The notes beneath the pieces were generated by a model, which was not told the origin of the DNA, searched no databases, and worked only from the letters and a program-made list of their open reading frames with translations. Shown in pieces: positions 44,841-54,654 of a stretch of DNA of 64,000 nucleotides. Made by a program: the position numbers and the translations under genes. The DNA comes from an uncultured Gemmatimonadales bacterium (GTDB lineage Bacteria > Gemmatimonadota > Gemmatimonadetes > Longimicrobiales > RSA9), in the NCBI GenBank assembly GCA_963783305.1, contig CAWAMW010000015.1, forward strand, positions 192,001-256,000, in the 5' to 3' direction. Position 1 is the first letter of the stretch. Every line of letters starts with the position of its first letter.

Positions 44841-47137
44841 CAGCTTCCCCTCGATGCAGCGTCCGCGTGGACCGTTTCCGGCGTCATTTCCGATTTGCAT
44901 TCCAGGCAGGTGTAGAACCGGCCGCGCTTCCTGCTGCGCTTTTCGAGCAGGAACGGCGCCTCACAGGTGGGGCAGGCCACGGGTACCGGCGGATCCCAGA
45001 CCGACCAGTCGCACTGGGGGTATCGGACGCAGCCCCAGAACGGCTTGCCCTTCCGCGTCTTCTTCTCCCCTACCCCGCCGGCGCCGCATTTCGGGCACAG
45101 CAGACCCGGGATGGTGACCGGCTTCGTGAACGAGCACGTGGGGTGATTGGCGCAGCCGATGAAGCGCCCGAAGCGGCCGGTCCGCTGGAGGAGCTCGCCG
45201 CCGCACTCGGGGCACTCCTCGCCCGTGGCCTTCGGCTCGGGTCGCTTCTCGCCATCCAGGGAATGGGTGTGGCGGCAGTCGGGATAGCCGGTGCACCCGG
45301 CGAAACGGCCGAACTTGTTCCACCGGACGGTGAGGGCGCTGCCGCAGTCCGGGCAGACCTCGTCCGTGATCTCCATGACCGACCGGGTGACCGCGTCGCT
45401 GTTCTTCTCACCGGCCTTCAGCTGGCGCAGGAAGGGGCCATAGAAGTCGGTGAGCACCTGTCGCCACGCGAGCTCCCCCTCCTCGATGCGATCGAGCTCA
45501 CCCTCCATCCGGCTGGTGAACCCCACATCGAACAGGTCGGGGAACATGCGGATGAGTACATTGGCCACCGTCTCACCGAGGGCCGTGGGCCTGAACCGCT
45601 TCTTTTCGAGCTCCACGTACTTCCGGTCCCGGAGGGTGGCGGTGATCTGGGCGTAAGTGGACGGGCGGCCGATCCCCTGCTTCTCGAGCTCCTTGACGAG
45701 GGTTGCCTCGGTGTATCGCGGAGGCGGCTGCGTGAAGTGCTGCCCCGGCTCCAGTGCCCGTAGCTCCGCGGTCTCTCCCGCGTCCAGGGCGGGCAGTGGC
45801 GCCAGGTCGTCGAGAGTGCGACCGTCTCCCTCCTCCCTGGACTCCTGGTAGAGCCGTGTGAAGCCGTCGAACTTCATGACGGAGCCGGTCGCCCGGAACA
45901 GATAGGCGCTGGAGACACCCCTCAGCCGGAAGTCGATCGTGGTCGTGTCGTAGACGGCCGCCGGCATCTGCCCCGCCATGAACCGCAGCCAGATGAGCTC
46001 GTAGAGTCGGTAGCCATCCCTGTCGAGGTACCGCCGGAGCGCATCGGGGCTGCGGCCTGGATCAGTGGGGCGAATCGCCTCGTGAGCCTCCTGCGCACCT
46101 TTCTGCTGGCGACCTCCCCATAGCCGCGGCGCTCCGGAGACGTACCGTCGGCCGAAGCGCTTCTCGAGGTAGCTCCTGGCGCTCGTGGCCGCGGAGGCCG
46201 AGATCCGGGTGGAGTCGGTCCGCATGTAGGTGATCAGCCCGGCCGCGCCGCCCGGCATGTCGACGCCCTCGTACAGCTTCTGGGCGACGCGCATGGTGCG
46301 GCGGGCGTTGAATCCCAGCCGCCTGGCCGCCTCCTGCTGCAGCGTGGACGTGGTGAAAGGCGGCGGAGGGTTCTTCCTGCGCTCCCGACGCTTCACCTCG
46401 GTGGCAGTGAACGGGACACCCCGCAGGTCCGCGAGGACGGCGAGCGCCTCCGCCTCGGTGGCCAGCCGGAACCTTGCCCCGTCGATCTGGTGGAGTCTGG
46501 CGTCGAACTCCTGGCCGCGGGCGGTGAGGTGCGCGTCGATCGACCAGTACTCGGTCGCGTCGAAGGCGCGGATCTCCTCCTCACGGTCGGTAATGAGCCG
46601 GAGCGCCACGGTCTGGACGCGGCCGGCGCTGAGGCCGCGCCGAATGGGTTTCCACAGAATGGGGCTCACCTTGTAGCCCACGAGCCGATCGAGAATGCGC
46701 CGCGCCTGCTGCGCCTCGACCTTGTGCATGTCGAGGGCGCTGGGCTGCTCGAGCGCGGCGCGGACGGCGCGGCTGGTGATCTCGTTGAAGCGCACGCGGG
46801 CGAAGCGGCCATCGCCGGAGCCGGGGTGGTATCCGAGCTGCTGCGCCACATGGTAGGCGATGGCCTCGCCCTCCCGGTCCGGGTCGGTGGCCAGGATCAC
46901 CCGCGCAGCACCGTCCGCGAACCGGGCGAGTTCGGTCAGCACCTTGCCCTTGCCCCGGATGGTCACGTACCGCGGCTCGAAGCCGGCGTCCACGTCCACG
47001 CCCAGCTCCCGCTTGGGCAGGTCCATGACGTGTCCCACCGAGGCCTTCACCACGTACGCCGGGCCCAGGTACTTCCCGATCGTCCGTGCCTTTGCCGGCG
47101 ACTCGACGATCACCAGGTGTCTGCTACCGCTCATCAT
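44840..47137 (-). CDS. topA: DNA topoisomerase I with C-terminal zinc ribbons
   Basis: VIVESPAKA, DPDREGE, SAGRVQT, ITYMRTDS, GIGRPSTY, repeated CP.CG. Confidence 0.98.
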   Translation of the reverse strand: MMSGSRHLVIVESPAKARTIGKYLGPAYVVKASVGHVMDLPKRELGVDVDAGFEPRYVTIRGKGKVLTELARFADGAARVILATDPDREGEAIAYHVAQQLGYHPGSGDGRFARVRFNEITSRAVRAALEQPSALDMHKVEAQQARRILDRLVGYKVSPILWKPIRRGLSAGRVQTVALRLITDREEEIRAFDATEYWSIDAHLTARGQEFDARLHQIDGARFRLATEAEALAVLADLRGVPFTATEVKRRERRKNPPPPFTTSTLQQEAARRLGFNARRTMRVAQKLYEGVDMPGGAAGLITYMRTDSTRISASAATSARSYLEKRFGRRYVSGAPRLWGGRQQKGAQEAHEAIRPTDPGRSPDALRRYLDRDGYRLYELIWLRFMAGQMPAAVYDTTTIDFRLRGVSSAYLFRATGSVMKFDGFTRLYQESREEGDGRTLDDLAPLPALDAGETAELRALEPGQHFTQPPPRYTEATLVKELEKQGIGRPSTYAQITATLRDRKYVELEKKRFRPTALGETVANVLIRMFPDLFDVGFTSRMEGELDRIEEGELAWRQVLTDFYGPFLRQLKAGEKNSDAVTRSVMEITDEVCPDCGSALTVRWNKFGRFAGCTGYPDCRHTHSLDGEKRPEPKATGEECPECGGELLQRTGRFGRFIGCANHPTCSFTKPVTIPGLLCPKCGAGGVGEKKTRKGKPFWGCVRYPQCDWSVWDPPVPVACPTCEAPFLLEKRSRKRGRFYTCLECKSEMTPETVHADAASRGS

Positions 47138-47678
47138 CCTCCCCGCCGGGAGCCAGTCGCCGGAGGATCTCCTCGACCACCGCGTCCGAATCCCTGCCAT
47201 CCACGTTTACGACGACCTCCGCGCGCCGGTACAGCGGCTCGCGCTTCCGGAGCAACGCCGCCGCGCGCTCCGACCTTCCCTCCAGGGGCCCGAGCAGGGG
47301 CCGATCGGTTTCGTCGGCGTCGGCCCGCCGCAGCGCCTCCTCCGCGCTGATGCGGAGCCAGATGCGGACGGTACCGGCGCCGAGGCGATCCACGAGATCC
47401 GGCCGGGTGACCCATCCGCCTCCGGGCGCCAGCACCATTCCGGTGGCGCCGGCAAGCTCCTCAGTCAGCTCCGCCTCCAGCTTTCGGAACGCCAGCTCTC
47501 CCCGCTCCCGGATCAACGTACCCGGGTCGGAGCCGGTGCGTTCGTGTATGCGCTGGTCGAAGTCCACGAATTTCCACCCCAGCCGCTGCGCCAGGCGAGC
47601 GCCGACCGTGGATTTCCCGGCGGCCATGAAACCCACGAGCACGATGCGCCCGAAGGGCAGGCCGCGTCCATGGCTCAC
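47124..47678 (-). CDS. aroK: Shikimate kinase
   Basis: GFMAAGKST, GE..FR..E, GGG, RPLL, R..LY. Confidence 0.94.
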   Translation of the reverse strand: MSHGRGLPFGRIVLVGFMAAGKSTVGARLAQRLGWKFVDFDQRIHERTGSDPGTLIRERGELAFRKLEAELTEELAGATGMVLAPGGGWVTRPDLVDRLGAGTVRIWLRISAEEALRRADADETDRPLLGPLEGRSERAAALLRKREPLYRRAEVVVNVDGRDSDAVVEEILRRLAPGGEDDER

Positions 47679-48925
47679 TGGGCGCCGGATTCGTACGGTC
47701 GGTCGGAACTGGCCTCGCCGATCCGTCGGCCCCGCTCCTCCAGGTCGTCCTGGTAGGATCCCAGGTTGCGGCTGAGCTCGGCCATGGAGTCACCGCCGAA
47801 CTTCTCCAACATGGCGTTGGCGAGGACGATGGCGACCATCGCTTCACCCACCACGCCCGCGGCGGCCAGGGCGGCCACATCGCTCCGCTCGCGGATGGCA
47901 TCCGCGCGCTCCTTGGTCCGGAGGTCGACGCTCCGGAGCGGGCGCATGAGGCTGGAGAGCGGCTTCATGGCCACCCGCGCCACCAGCGGGGCCCCGGTGG
48001 TGATTCCGCCTTCCACGCCACCCGCACTGTTCGTCACGCGCTTGTACCCACCCGTGTGACGAATGCTCCAGGCGGGATCGTGCTCGATCTCATCGTGAAC
48101 GCGGGACCCGCGCCGGGAGGCCGCCTCGAAGCCGAGGCCGATCTCCACCCCCTTCATTGCGGGGATGGACATGAGCGCGCCGGCGAGCCTGCCATCCAGG
48201 CGTCGGTCCCAGGAGACGTAGCTGCCGAGCCCGGCTACGAGGCCCGTAGCGACGACCTCGAACACGCCACCCAGGGTGTCACCCTCTTCGCCCGCGGCGT
48301 CGACGGCCCGGATCATCCGCTCTTCCGCGTCTGGATCGAGGGTGCGGAGGGGGGAAGCGTCGGCGGCGGCATTGAGGTCTTCCGGGAACTCGGCCGGGCG
48401 CTCGGCCACGACATCGCCAAGCCGTACCACATGGCTGCCGATCCGGATGCCGAAAGTCTCCAGCATCCGCCGCGCGATGGCCCCCGCCGCAACCCGCGCG
48501 GCCGTCTCCCGCGCCGAGGCGCGCTCCAGGATGTCGCGGGCGTCGCCCCGTCCGTACTTGAGGACTCCCACCAGGTCGGCGTGTCCCGGCCGTGGGAGGT
48601 GGACGCGCCGGAAATCCTGCTCATCCACATCCGGTGGCGGCGGCTCCGGCGCCATGGCGGTGCTCCAGTTCTCCCAGTCGCGGTTCCAGATCAACATGGC
48701 AATGGGAGCGCCAATGGTCTCGCCGAGTCGAACGCCTGAAAGGAGCTCGGCCCGATCCTCCTCGATGGCCATCCGCCCGCCCCGGCCGTAGCCGCCCTGC
48801 CGTCGGCGCAATTGCGGATCGATGTCCCTCTGCGCGACCAGGTCCAGACCCGCGGGGACGCCCTCCACCAGGGCAACGAGCCCGCGGCCATGGGACTCCC
48901 CGGCCGTCCTGTAACTGAAGTGCAT
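47675..48925 (-). CDS. aroC: Chorismate synthase
   Basis: TAGESHG, PRPGHAD, ERASARETA, MKP, ERSD. Confidence 0.97.
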   Translation of the reverse strand: MHFSYRTAGESHGRGLVALVEGVPAGLDLVAQRDIDPQLRRRQGGYGRGGRMAIEEDRAELLSGVRLGETIGAPIAMLIWNRDWENWSTAMAPEPPPPDVDEQDFRRVHLPRPGHADLVGVLKYGRGDARDILERASARETAARVAAGAIARRMLETFGIRIGSHVVRLGDVVAERPAEFPEDLNAAADASPLRTLDPDAEERMIRAVDAAGEEGDTLGGVFEVVATGLVAGLGSYVSWDRRLDGRLAGALMSIPAMKGVEIGLGFEAASRRGSRVHDEIEHDPAWSIRHTGGYKRVTNSAGGVEGGITTGAPLVARVAMKPLSSLMRPLRSVDLRTKERADAIRERSDVAALAAAGVVGEAMVAIVLANAMLEKFGGDSMAELSRNLGSYQDDLEERGRRIGEASSDRPYESGAQ

Positions 48926-48948
48926 AGATCCCCTGCCGTAGTTCGCGC

Positions 48949-48983
48949 AAAAAAGCGGAGCCCCCGCGCGTGCAGGGGCTCCG
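48949..48983 (-). terminator. Rho-independent terminator ending the pilM-Q-lipoprotein transcript
   Basis: CGGAGCCCC-loop-GGGGCTCCG followed by CTTTTTT. Confidence 0.85.
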
Positions 48984-49038
48984 GACCATGCTGAATCACC
49001 CCGACCGCGTCAACCGTCCGCGGGCGGGTGCCGGCGGA

Positions 49039-52000
49039 TCATGGATTCGCGTATGGCTCCAGATCCCGTCGGCGGACGTTCACCACGACCACACCGCCCG
49101 CGCTGGTGACGCCGTACAGCTTGGCCACGATGCAATCCTTGCGGGCCGCTTCCGTGGTGGCGAGCGCGACACAGCGACCGCCCTGGCCGTTGTTGTCCGA
49201 GTCGAGCGGCGGGCCACTCCGGAGCGGTCCGACAATGTTGTCGCGGATCATCAGCGAGTTGACCCGGTTGAAGTGGTTCGTATTGACCACGTCGATGGAG
49301 TTCTCCGACGTGCCGGTGAAGGCCGCGCCGTGTCCATCCGTGTCGGTGTGGCTCCCGTCCATCACGGAATTGTGCTCCGGGTGGAAGGCAGCCCCCGCTC
49401 CGCCCTGACTCGAGTTCTCGAAGAGCCCCTGCAGTCGCAGGTCGGGCGTGAAGAAGTAGGTGTAGTCGCGACCCCGTGCGACGCCCAGAGACCCGTTCTC
49501 GTTCAGCCCGATCCCGAGGACCTCCTCCGACGCGTTGTTCACCAGGTCGGCGATCTCCACTTCGTCGGACAGCTGGGGCTGCTCGGACCCCTGCCAGAGC
49601 ATGATCCGGCCCAGCGGCGACTTGGCCCCCTCGCCGATGGCGATGGTCCCACGGTCACCCGACGCGGTGACGAACGTGGTGTCGGACCACGCCAGCTCCT
49701 CCATGTTCCACGAGCCCCGCATGTAGAAGGGGAAGAACATGGCGGCCTGCTCGCCCACGCCTCGGGCGGCCATCACGGCCGCGATCTGTGCCTGCACCGA
49801 AGCCACGGCCACGCCCACGTCCGTCTCATAGTCGCTGGCGATGATCGCATCCGGGTAGCCGGGCTCATGGGCGAAGATCCGGATCCGGTCGCTGCCGACC
49901 GTCGACGGAGCCACGTGGAGGCTGTCCACGTTCGCGAGCGCCGCGATGTTGTCCGAGTTCGGATCGACCATGTCGGCGGTGATGAGGAAGCGCACCTCCG
50001 GCCGGTCGGTGGCCGAGCCCGGGTCCGGGTCGCCGTGGATGAAGCGCAGCGTGGTGGTTGGGGCCGCCGGGGTGGAGATCGTGGAGTAGACGATCCTCAA
50101 CAGCGAGTCCTGGGCGAGGAAGTGGGGCCGATCGGCCAGGTCGATGTACGACACCAGCAGCTTCACGTCACCGTTGTCCTTCTCGCTCTCCTCGATCTCG
50201 AACAGGACCGCGTTGGGGGTCCTCAGCCGGACCACGTCCACTTCCTGCACGTTGCTCACATCTCCGTCCATGTGGACCATGGATATGTTGGTCCCGCCGG
50301 AGTTGGCGACCAGGAGCGTACGTGCGATGGACCCGGGCGTCGCGGGGATCCCGAAGCCCGGCTCGCTCGCCGAGACGACGCGCTCGCCCATGAAGAGACC
50401 GGCGGGCTCCGAGCCCACCTGGACCGAGTTCTCGAAGCGGTTCTGGAACACATCGCTGTCGAGCTGGAGCACCTCGACGAGGTTCTGCGACTTGTTGGAC
50501 AGGAAGACGCGATCGTCGACCGTGTCAATGGCGATGTCCGCGATCACGGCGCTCCGGTTGTCCAGCAGCACCGTCGAGCCGCGTACGGTCGTCACGTGGA
50601 GCGGCAACCCGGCCGAGTCCGCAGCCGTGTAGAAGCGGCCGGCCGAGTACCCCTCGGGCGAGCAGGGGCGCTGCTCGTCGGATCCCGCCGCGCACGCCAC
50701 GTTCCCTTCCATATCGGCGGCGAAGCCGTGGACCCACAGGTCCAGGTCGTCGGGGAAGATGCTGTCCCGCGTGGCAGCGTTCGCGGGGACACCGAGGCGG
50801 TCGTACAGCGAGTCGATGGAGAGGACGAACACCAGCTCCTCCAGACTCCTGGAGCCGGAGAGGATCCGCTCCTCCTCCACGGTCAGGGTGTCGCTCTGGT
50901 CGAGGCCACGCGCCACGAGGGCCGTGATCCCGATCCGGCCCAGGCCGCTGTTTGCGTCGAAGGCCGAGACGCGGATCCGGATGGAGTCGGAGAGCTCCAT
51001 TCGGTTCCCGCTGTTGGATGGGCCCAGGCGCTCGGCGGCCACGGAGACCATGGGCGGCTCGTCGTCGGCCACCGTTTCGGAGGTCACGGCCACCGTGACC
51101 AGCCGGCTCTGTCCGGCGATCCGCGACCTGTTCCAGGCCCGGGCCTGGAAGTCGACGGTCCCCGCTGAGGACGGCATGGTCACGCTCTGGACGATCACGA
51201 ACGGGGTGTCCGTCCGTGCGGGGAGCGGGAGTGTGATTCGCTGGCTCGCATCGCCGGCCAGGACCAGCGTGGCACTGTCGATGCCGGTTCCATCGTGAAC
51301 CGAGATCCTGACATCGAACTCCGCGCCGGACCCGACCTCGAAGCTGGCGGGCGGGTACGTGATCGCGACCTTGGGTCCTCCGACGAACATCACCTTCATG
51401 GTGTCGGAGATGTTGCCATATCCGTCTGTGGCCGTAATCAGGATCTCGACCGGCTCCGCCGAGGGCTCACCCGCGGGCCGGAGATACGGGTTCAACACGT
51501 ACTGCCTGGGGAGGGTGTCGCCCTCCGTCGGCCGGGGGAAGGTGATGGTCCTGGCGGCGAAACGCTCCACCACGCTGTCGGTGCCCATGCCGGGATCACC
51601 CCGGTACGCGAGCCCGACCAGGGTGACGCTCCTGATCCCCGCCGGGTCCGCCAGTTCCACCTCCACCTGGACCGAATCGTCCATCGAAACCGTGGAGTCC
51701 GGATTGGTTTGGAGGGATACGAAGGTGGGGCCGTCCGCGTCGCTCAGGGTGATGCGGAGCGTGTCGCCCGTCGCCTCGAAGCCGTTGATGTCACGGGCGA
51801 ACGGGACCACGCGTACGACACCGAGCTGGAGCCCGGCGGTCGGCAGCTGAAGCGTCGGAGTCGCGGTGGGTCTGGCCGGATCGACGTCCAGCGACACCGT
51901 GTTGGTGGTCCCTGCGCTGTCCATGATGGAAGCGCCGACCCCTGTGAGTCCCCGGTTGTCGCGGGCGTTGAGGTTCACGTCCAGGGGCAGTCCCGCGTCC

Positions 52001-52464
52001 AGCGCGGACCCCGCGGTCGTCACCGACACCGTGGGCGGTGTGGCGTCCGTGATCTGAACCGTTGTGGTGATCGGGCCGCTCGTGTCGGGCACAACGTCGA
52101 TCGCCCAGGCGGTGGCCGTGAGCTCCGGGTCCGGTCCCGTACCGTACGGGATCGGGAGCCTGAGGCTGCCGGAAACGCTGGTCGCGGGGTTGTCGACCAC
52201 GAACGCGGTATCCCCCGTCATGGCGCCGCTCAGCTGGACGCGGATCCGGGTGATCGCGCGGGCACCGCTGGCGTTGACCGTGAAGATGACCGTGTCCCCC
52301 TCGACGAAGGAGGTGGCATTGGCGGAGAATCCGTCCAGAGCGGGCGGTATATCCGTCCGGAAGAGGTTGGGATCGTCGCAGCCGGCGAAGCCAGCCACAA
52401 CGAGGAGCGCCAGGGCGGCGCTGCGTGCCGCGGACCGCCTCCATACCGAGGTCTGATGCTTCAT
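49039..52464 (-). CDS. Large (about 1140 aa) lipoprotein with tandem Ig-like repeats and probable C-terminal beta-propeller
   Basis: GGGGAG RBS; lipobox FAGC; repeated D..PP.V-type linkers; YncE/YVTN-like segments (VFLSN...N.VEV, VGSEPAG, LLVANSGGTNIS.V). Confidence 0.8.
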   Translation of the reverse strand: MKHQTSVWRRSAARSAALALLVVAGFAGCDDPNLFRTDIPPALDGFSANATSFVEGDTVIFTVNASGARAITRIRVQLSGAMTGDTAFVVDNPATSVSGSLRLPIPYGTGPDPELTATAWAIDVVPDTSGPITTTVQITDATPPTVSVTTAGSALDAGLPLDVNLNARDNRGLTGVGASIMDSAGTTNTVSLDVDPARPTATPTLQLPTAGLQLGVVRVVPFARDINGFEATGDTLRITLSDADGPTFVSLQTNPDSTVSMDDSVQVEVELADPAGIRSVTLVGLAYRGDPGMGTDSVVERFAARTITFPRPTEGDTLPRQYVLNPYLRPAGEPSAEPVEILITATDGYGNISDTMKVMFVGGPKVAITYPPASFEVGSGAEFDVRISVHDGTGIDSATLVLAGDASQRITLPLPARTDTPFVIVQSVTMPSSAGTVDFQARAWNRSRIAGQSRLVTVAVTSETVADDEPPMVSVAAERLGPSNSGNRMELSDSIRIRVSAFDANSGLGRIGITALVARGLDQSDTLTVEEERILSGSRSLEELVFVLSIDSLYDRLGVPANAATRDSIFPDDLDLWVHGFAADMEGNVACAAGSDEQRPCSPEGYSAGRFYTAADSAGLPLHVTTVRGSTVLLDNRSAVIADIAIDTVDDRVFLSNKSQNLVEVLQLDSDVFQNRFENSVQVGSEPAGLFMGERVVSASEPGFGIPATPGSIARTLLVANSGGTNISMVHMDGDVSNVQEVDVVRLRTPNAVLFEIEESEKDNGDVKLLVSYIDLADRPHFLAQDSLLRIVYSTISTPAAPTTTLRFIHGDPDPGSATDRPEVRFLITADMVDPNSDNIAALANVDSLHVAPSTVGSDRIRIFAHEPGYPDAIIASDYETDVGVAVASVQAQIAAVMAARGVGEQAAMFFPFYMRGSWNMEELAWSDTTFVTASGDRGTIAIGEGAKSPLGRIMLWQGSEQPQLSDEVEIADLVNNASEEVLGIGLNENGSLGVARGRDYTYFFTPDLRLQGLFENSSQGGAGAAFHPEHNSVMDGSHTDTDGHGAAFTGTSENSIDVVNTNHFNRVNSLMIRDNIVGPLRSGPPLDSDNNGQGGRCVALATTEAARKDCIVAKLYGVTSAGGVVVVNVRRRDLEPYANP

Positions 52465-52486
52465 GATGCTGTCTCCCCTCACAGTC

Positions 52487-54226
52487 CTAGAACCCGCCGG
52501 ACCGGTCGATGTAGGGCGTAACCATGATCAGCAGGTCTTCCTTGTCTTCCTGAACGGTCGTGTTCCTGAAGAGGCCGCCGATCAAGGGGAGATGCATAAG
52601 GATCGGTATGCCCTGAAGCGTGGTCGTCAAATCCTTCGTGGTGAGCCCGCTGATAACGGCGGTCTGGCCGTCGTTCAGCAGGATCTCCGTATCCGTCTCC
52701 TGCGTGCCGAAAACATAGCCGGCGTCTGCGGAGAAGGAGGTGATCTGGGAGCGCTCGGCGTGCAGGTTCACGAGCACCTGGTTCGTGCCTACCACGTGGG
52801 GAGTGAGCTCGACGATGACGCCGGTCTCCTCCGTCCGGACCTGAGCCCGCGGGCCTTCGGCTCCAGCGGCGCCCTGATCGACCACGCGGATGGGAGTTCG
52901 CTCGCCAACGTGGACGCGGGCGGAGCGGTGGTCGAGCACGGTAACGACGGGATCGGCCTGGAGCTCGGCCAGCTCCAGACGCTCGATGGCTTCGATCCAC
53001 GTGATCAGCGCATGGCGGCCCACGAGCAGTGTGGTCACGACGTCGAAGGTCGCGCCCGTGATCTCCTCGGCGGCGTTGCCGAGGGCGGAAATAGCGTTAC
53101 CGGTGATGCTGACCTGCTCACTCCCCGGTGTCAGCTGTCCGAGCTCCGGCGAGTGGGAGTCCCGCAGCTCGTAGCGGACGCCGTACCTCTGGAGATCGCT
53201 CCTGCGGACCGTGAGGATGCGGACCTGGATGGTCACCTGGGGCGTCCTCTGATCGAGCGACGGGACCAGGTTGCGGAGCCGGTCCACCACCGACTGGCGC
53301 GCGGAGACGATCAGGGAGTTCGTGGCACGGTTCACCGCCACGTTCCCGACCGCCTGCTCGCCCTGCGCCAGGAGCTGACGCACCTGGGGAGCCACGGAGT
53401 CGGCGGAGACGTACTGGAGCTGGAAAGCCTCGGTGACCATCTCCTCCTGCGTCTCCAACTCCCTCTGCTGCTGACGGGACGTGACCATGATGATCCCGCT
53501 GGGCAGCTCGGTGGCAGTGAGGCCCTGCCCTCCCAGAATCGCCCGGAGCGCCTCATCCCACGGCTGCCCCTGGATAGCGGCCGTGATGGTCTGATTCGCG
53601 ACGCCCTGCCCGGGTACGATGCTGCGTCCAGAGAAATCGGCGAATGTCCCGATCACGTCGGTGATGGGCGTGTTCCTGAACTCGACGGTGATAACCGGCT
53701 GCTGGGGCTGCTGAGGTGCCTCGATCACCTGTGGCCGCGTCACGGGCACCGCGGTGCTTCGCCGATCGGTCGGCGCCTCGGCGACGGCGCGCCCCATGGG
53801 CTCCTGACGGTCCCGGGCGGCCTCGACGCGTCGCGGAGCGGCCTGCGAGGACCACGTCTCGAAGGCGTCGGAGGGGTTGGAGAAGGAAATCCGGACGCCG
53901 CCATCACCCTCTTCAATGACGTACTCGACCGGACGGACGAGATCCACCACGACGCGGGTGACGCCGGGCTGGAACTGGCTGGACCGCAGGGCCAGAACGC
54001 CGCCCCGGTTGATGTCCAGGTACTGCCGTTGTGCGAGCTCGAAATCGGCGCCGTGCAGGTCTACGACAATGCGGGCGGGACTCGAGAGCATCTGGTGCTC
54101 GACGGTCACCGCGTCGTCGGTGTCGATGAATACCTGCGTGCGTTCGCCGGCCGAGACGACGCTCAGTCCCTGCACGCCCGCCAGCGCGGCGAGCAGCAAA
54201 GTGCGCAGCATCATAATCGGGATCAT
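52487..54226 (-). CDS. pilQ: Type IV pilus secretin
   Basis: AMIN domain (SPARIVVDL), STN/N0, N3 (TNSLIV), secretin core (G..AVISGL, GIPIL..LPLIG.LF, LLIMVTP). Confidence 0.93.
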   Translation of the reverse strand: MIPIMMLRTLLLAALAGVQGLSVVSAGERTQVFIDTDDAVTVEHQMLSSPARIVVDLHGADFELAQRQYLDINRGGVLALRSSQFQPGVTRVVVDLVRPVEYVIEEGDGGVRISFSNPSDAFETWSSQAAPRRVEAARDRQEPMGRAVAEAPTDRRSTAVPVTRPQVIEAPQQPQQPVITVEFRNTPITDVIGTFADFSGRSIVPGQGVANQTITAAIQGQPWDEALRAILGGQGLTATELPSGIIMVTSRQQQRELETQEEMVTEAFQLQYVSADSVAPQVRQLLAQGEQAVGNVAVNRATNSLIVSARQSVVDRLRNLVPSLDQRTPQVTIQVRILTVRRSDLQRYGVRYELRDSHSPELGQLTPGSEQVSITGNAISALGNAAEEITGATFDVVTTLLVGRHALITWIEAIERLELAELQADPVVTVLDHRSARVHVGERTPIRVVDQGAAGAEGPRAQVRTEETGVIVELTPHVVGTNQVLVNLHAERSQITSFSADAGYVFGTQETDTEILLNDGQTAVISGLTTKDLTTTLQGIPILMHLPLIGGLFRNTTVQEDKEDLLIMVTPYIDRSGGF

Positions 54227-54654
54227 CGGTCGGTGCCTCCCCTTGTTGGCAGCTCCAGTATCTCCTGCCGGACGGTGCCAAAGTTCTCGACTGCCAGGAC
54301 GACCCGCATGGGGCCGATCTCGATCACTCGTGAGTTCCCTACGACATCACCTACGCGGACCCGGTGGATCCGTCCATCGCTGTCGCCCAGAAGCGCGACA
54401 CTCCTGCCGCGGCCCGTGGAGTATATGATTCCCTGAAGCGAGAGCGCCTCGAAGCTAGGGCCCAGCTCATCCTGCGCGGTCAGCGGCCGGAACGGGTCCC
54501 GCCGGTTCTCACCCGCATAGATGAAAACCTCCCGGTCGAAGACGAGGGTGATCTGCCCCGCGTCGACGCTGTCCGGTGCCTGGGCCGGAGCGGGCGCGGC
54601 GAGCGCGGCGATGGCGATGAGCGCGACGAGCGCTCCCCTCACGGCGCTACTCAC
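54223..54654 (-). CDS. pilP: PilP-like pilus assembly protein (no lipobox)
   Basis: RRDPF.PL, L.L.GII, ALL, V..GD.VG...V..I; position between pilO and pilQ. Confidence 0.8.
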   Translation of the reverse strand: MSSAVRGALVALIAIAALAAPAPAQAPDSVDAGQITLVFDREVFIYAGENRRDPFRPLTAQDELGPSFEALSLQGIIYSTGRGRSVALLGDSDGRIHRVRVGDVVGNSRVIEIGPMRVVLAVENFGTVRQEILELPTRGGTDR

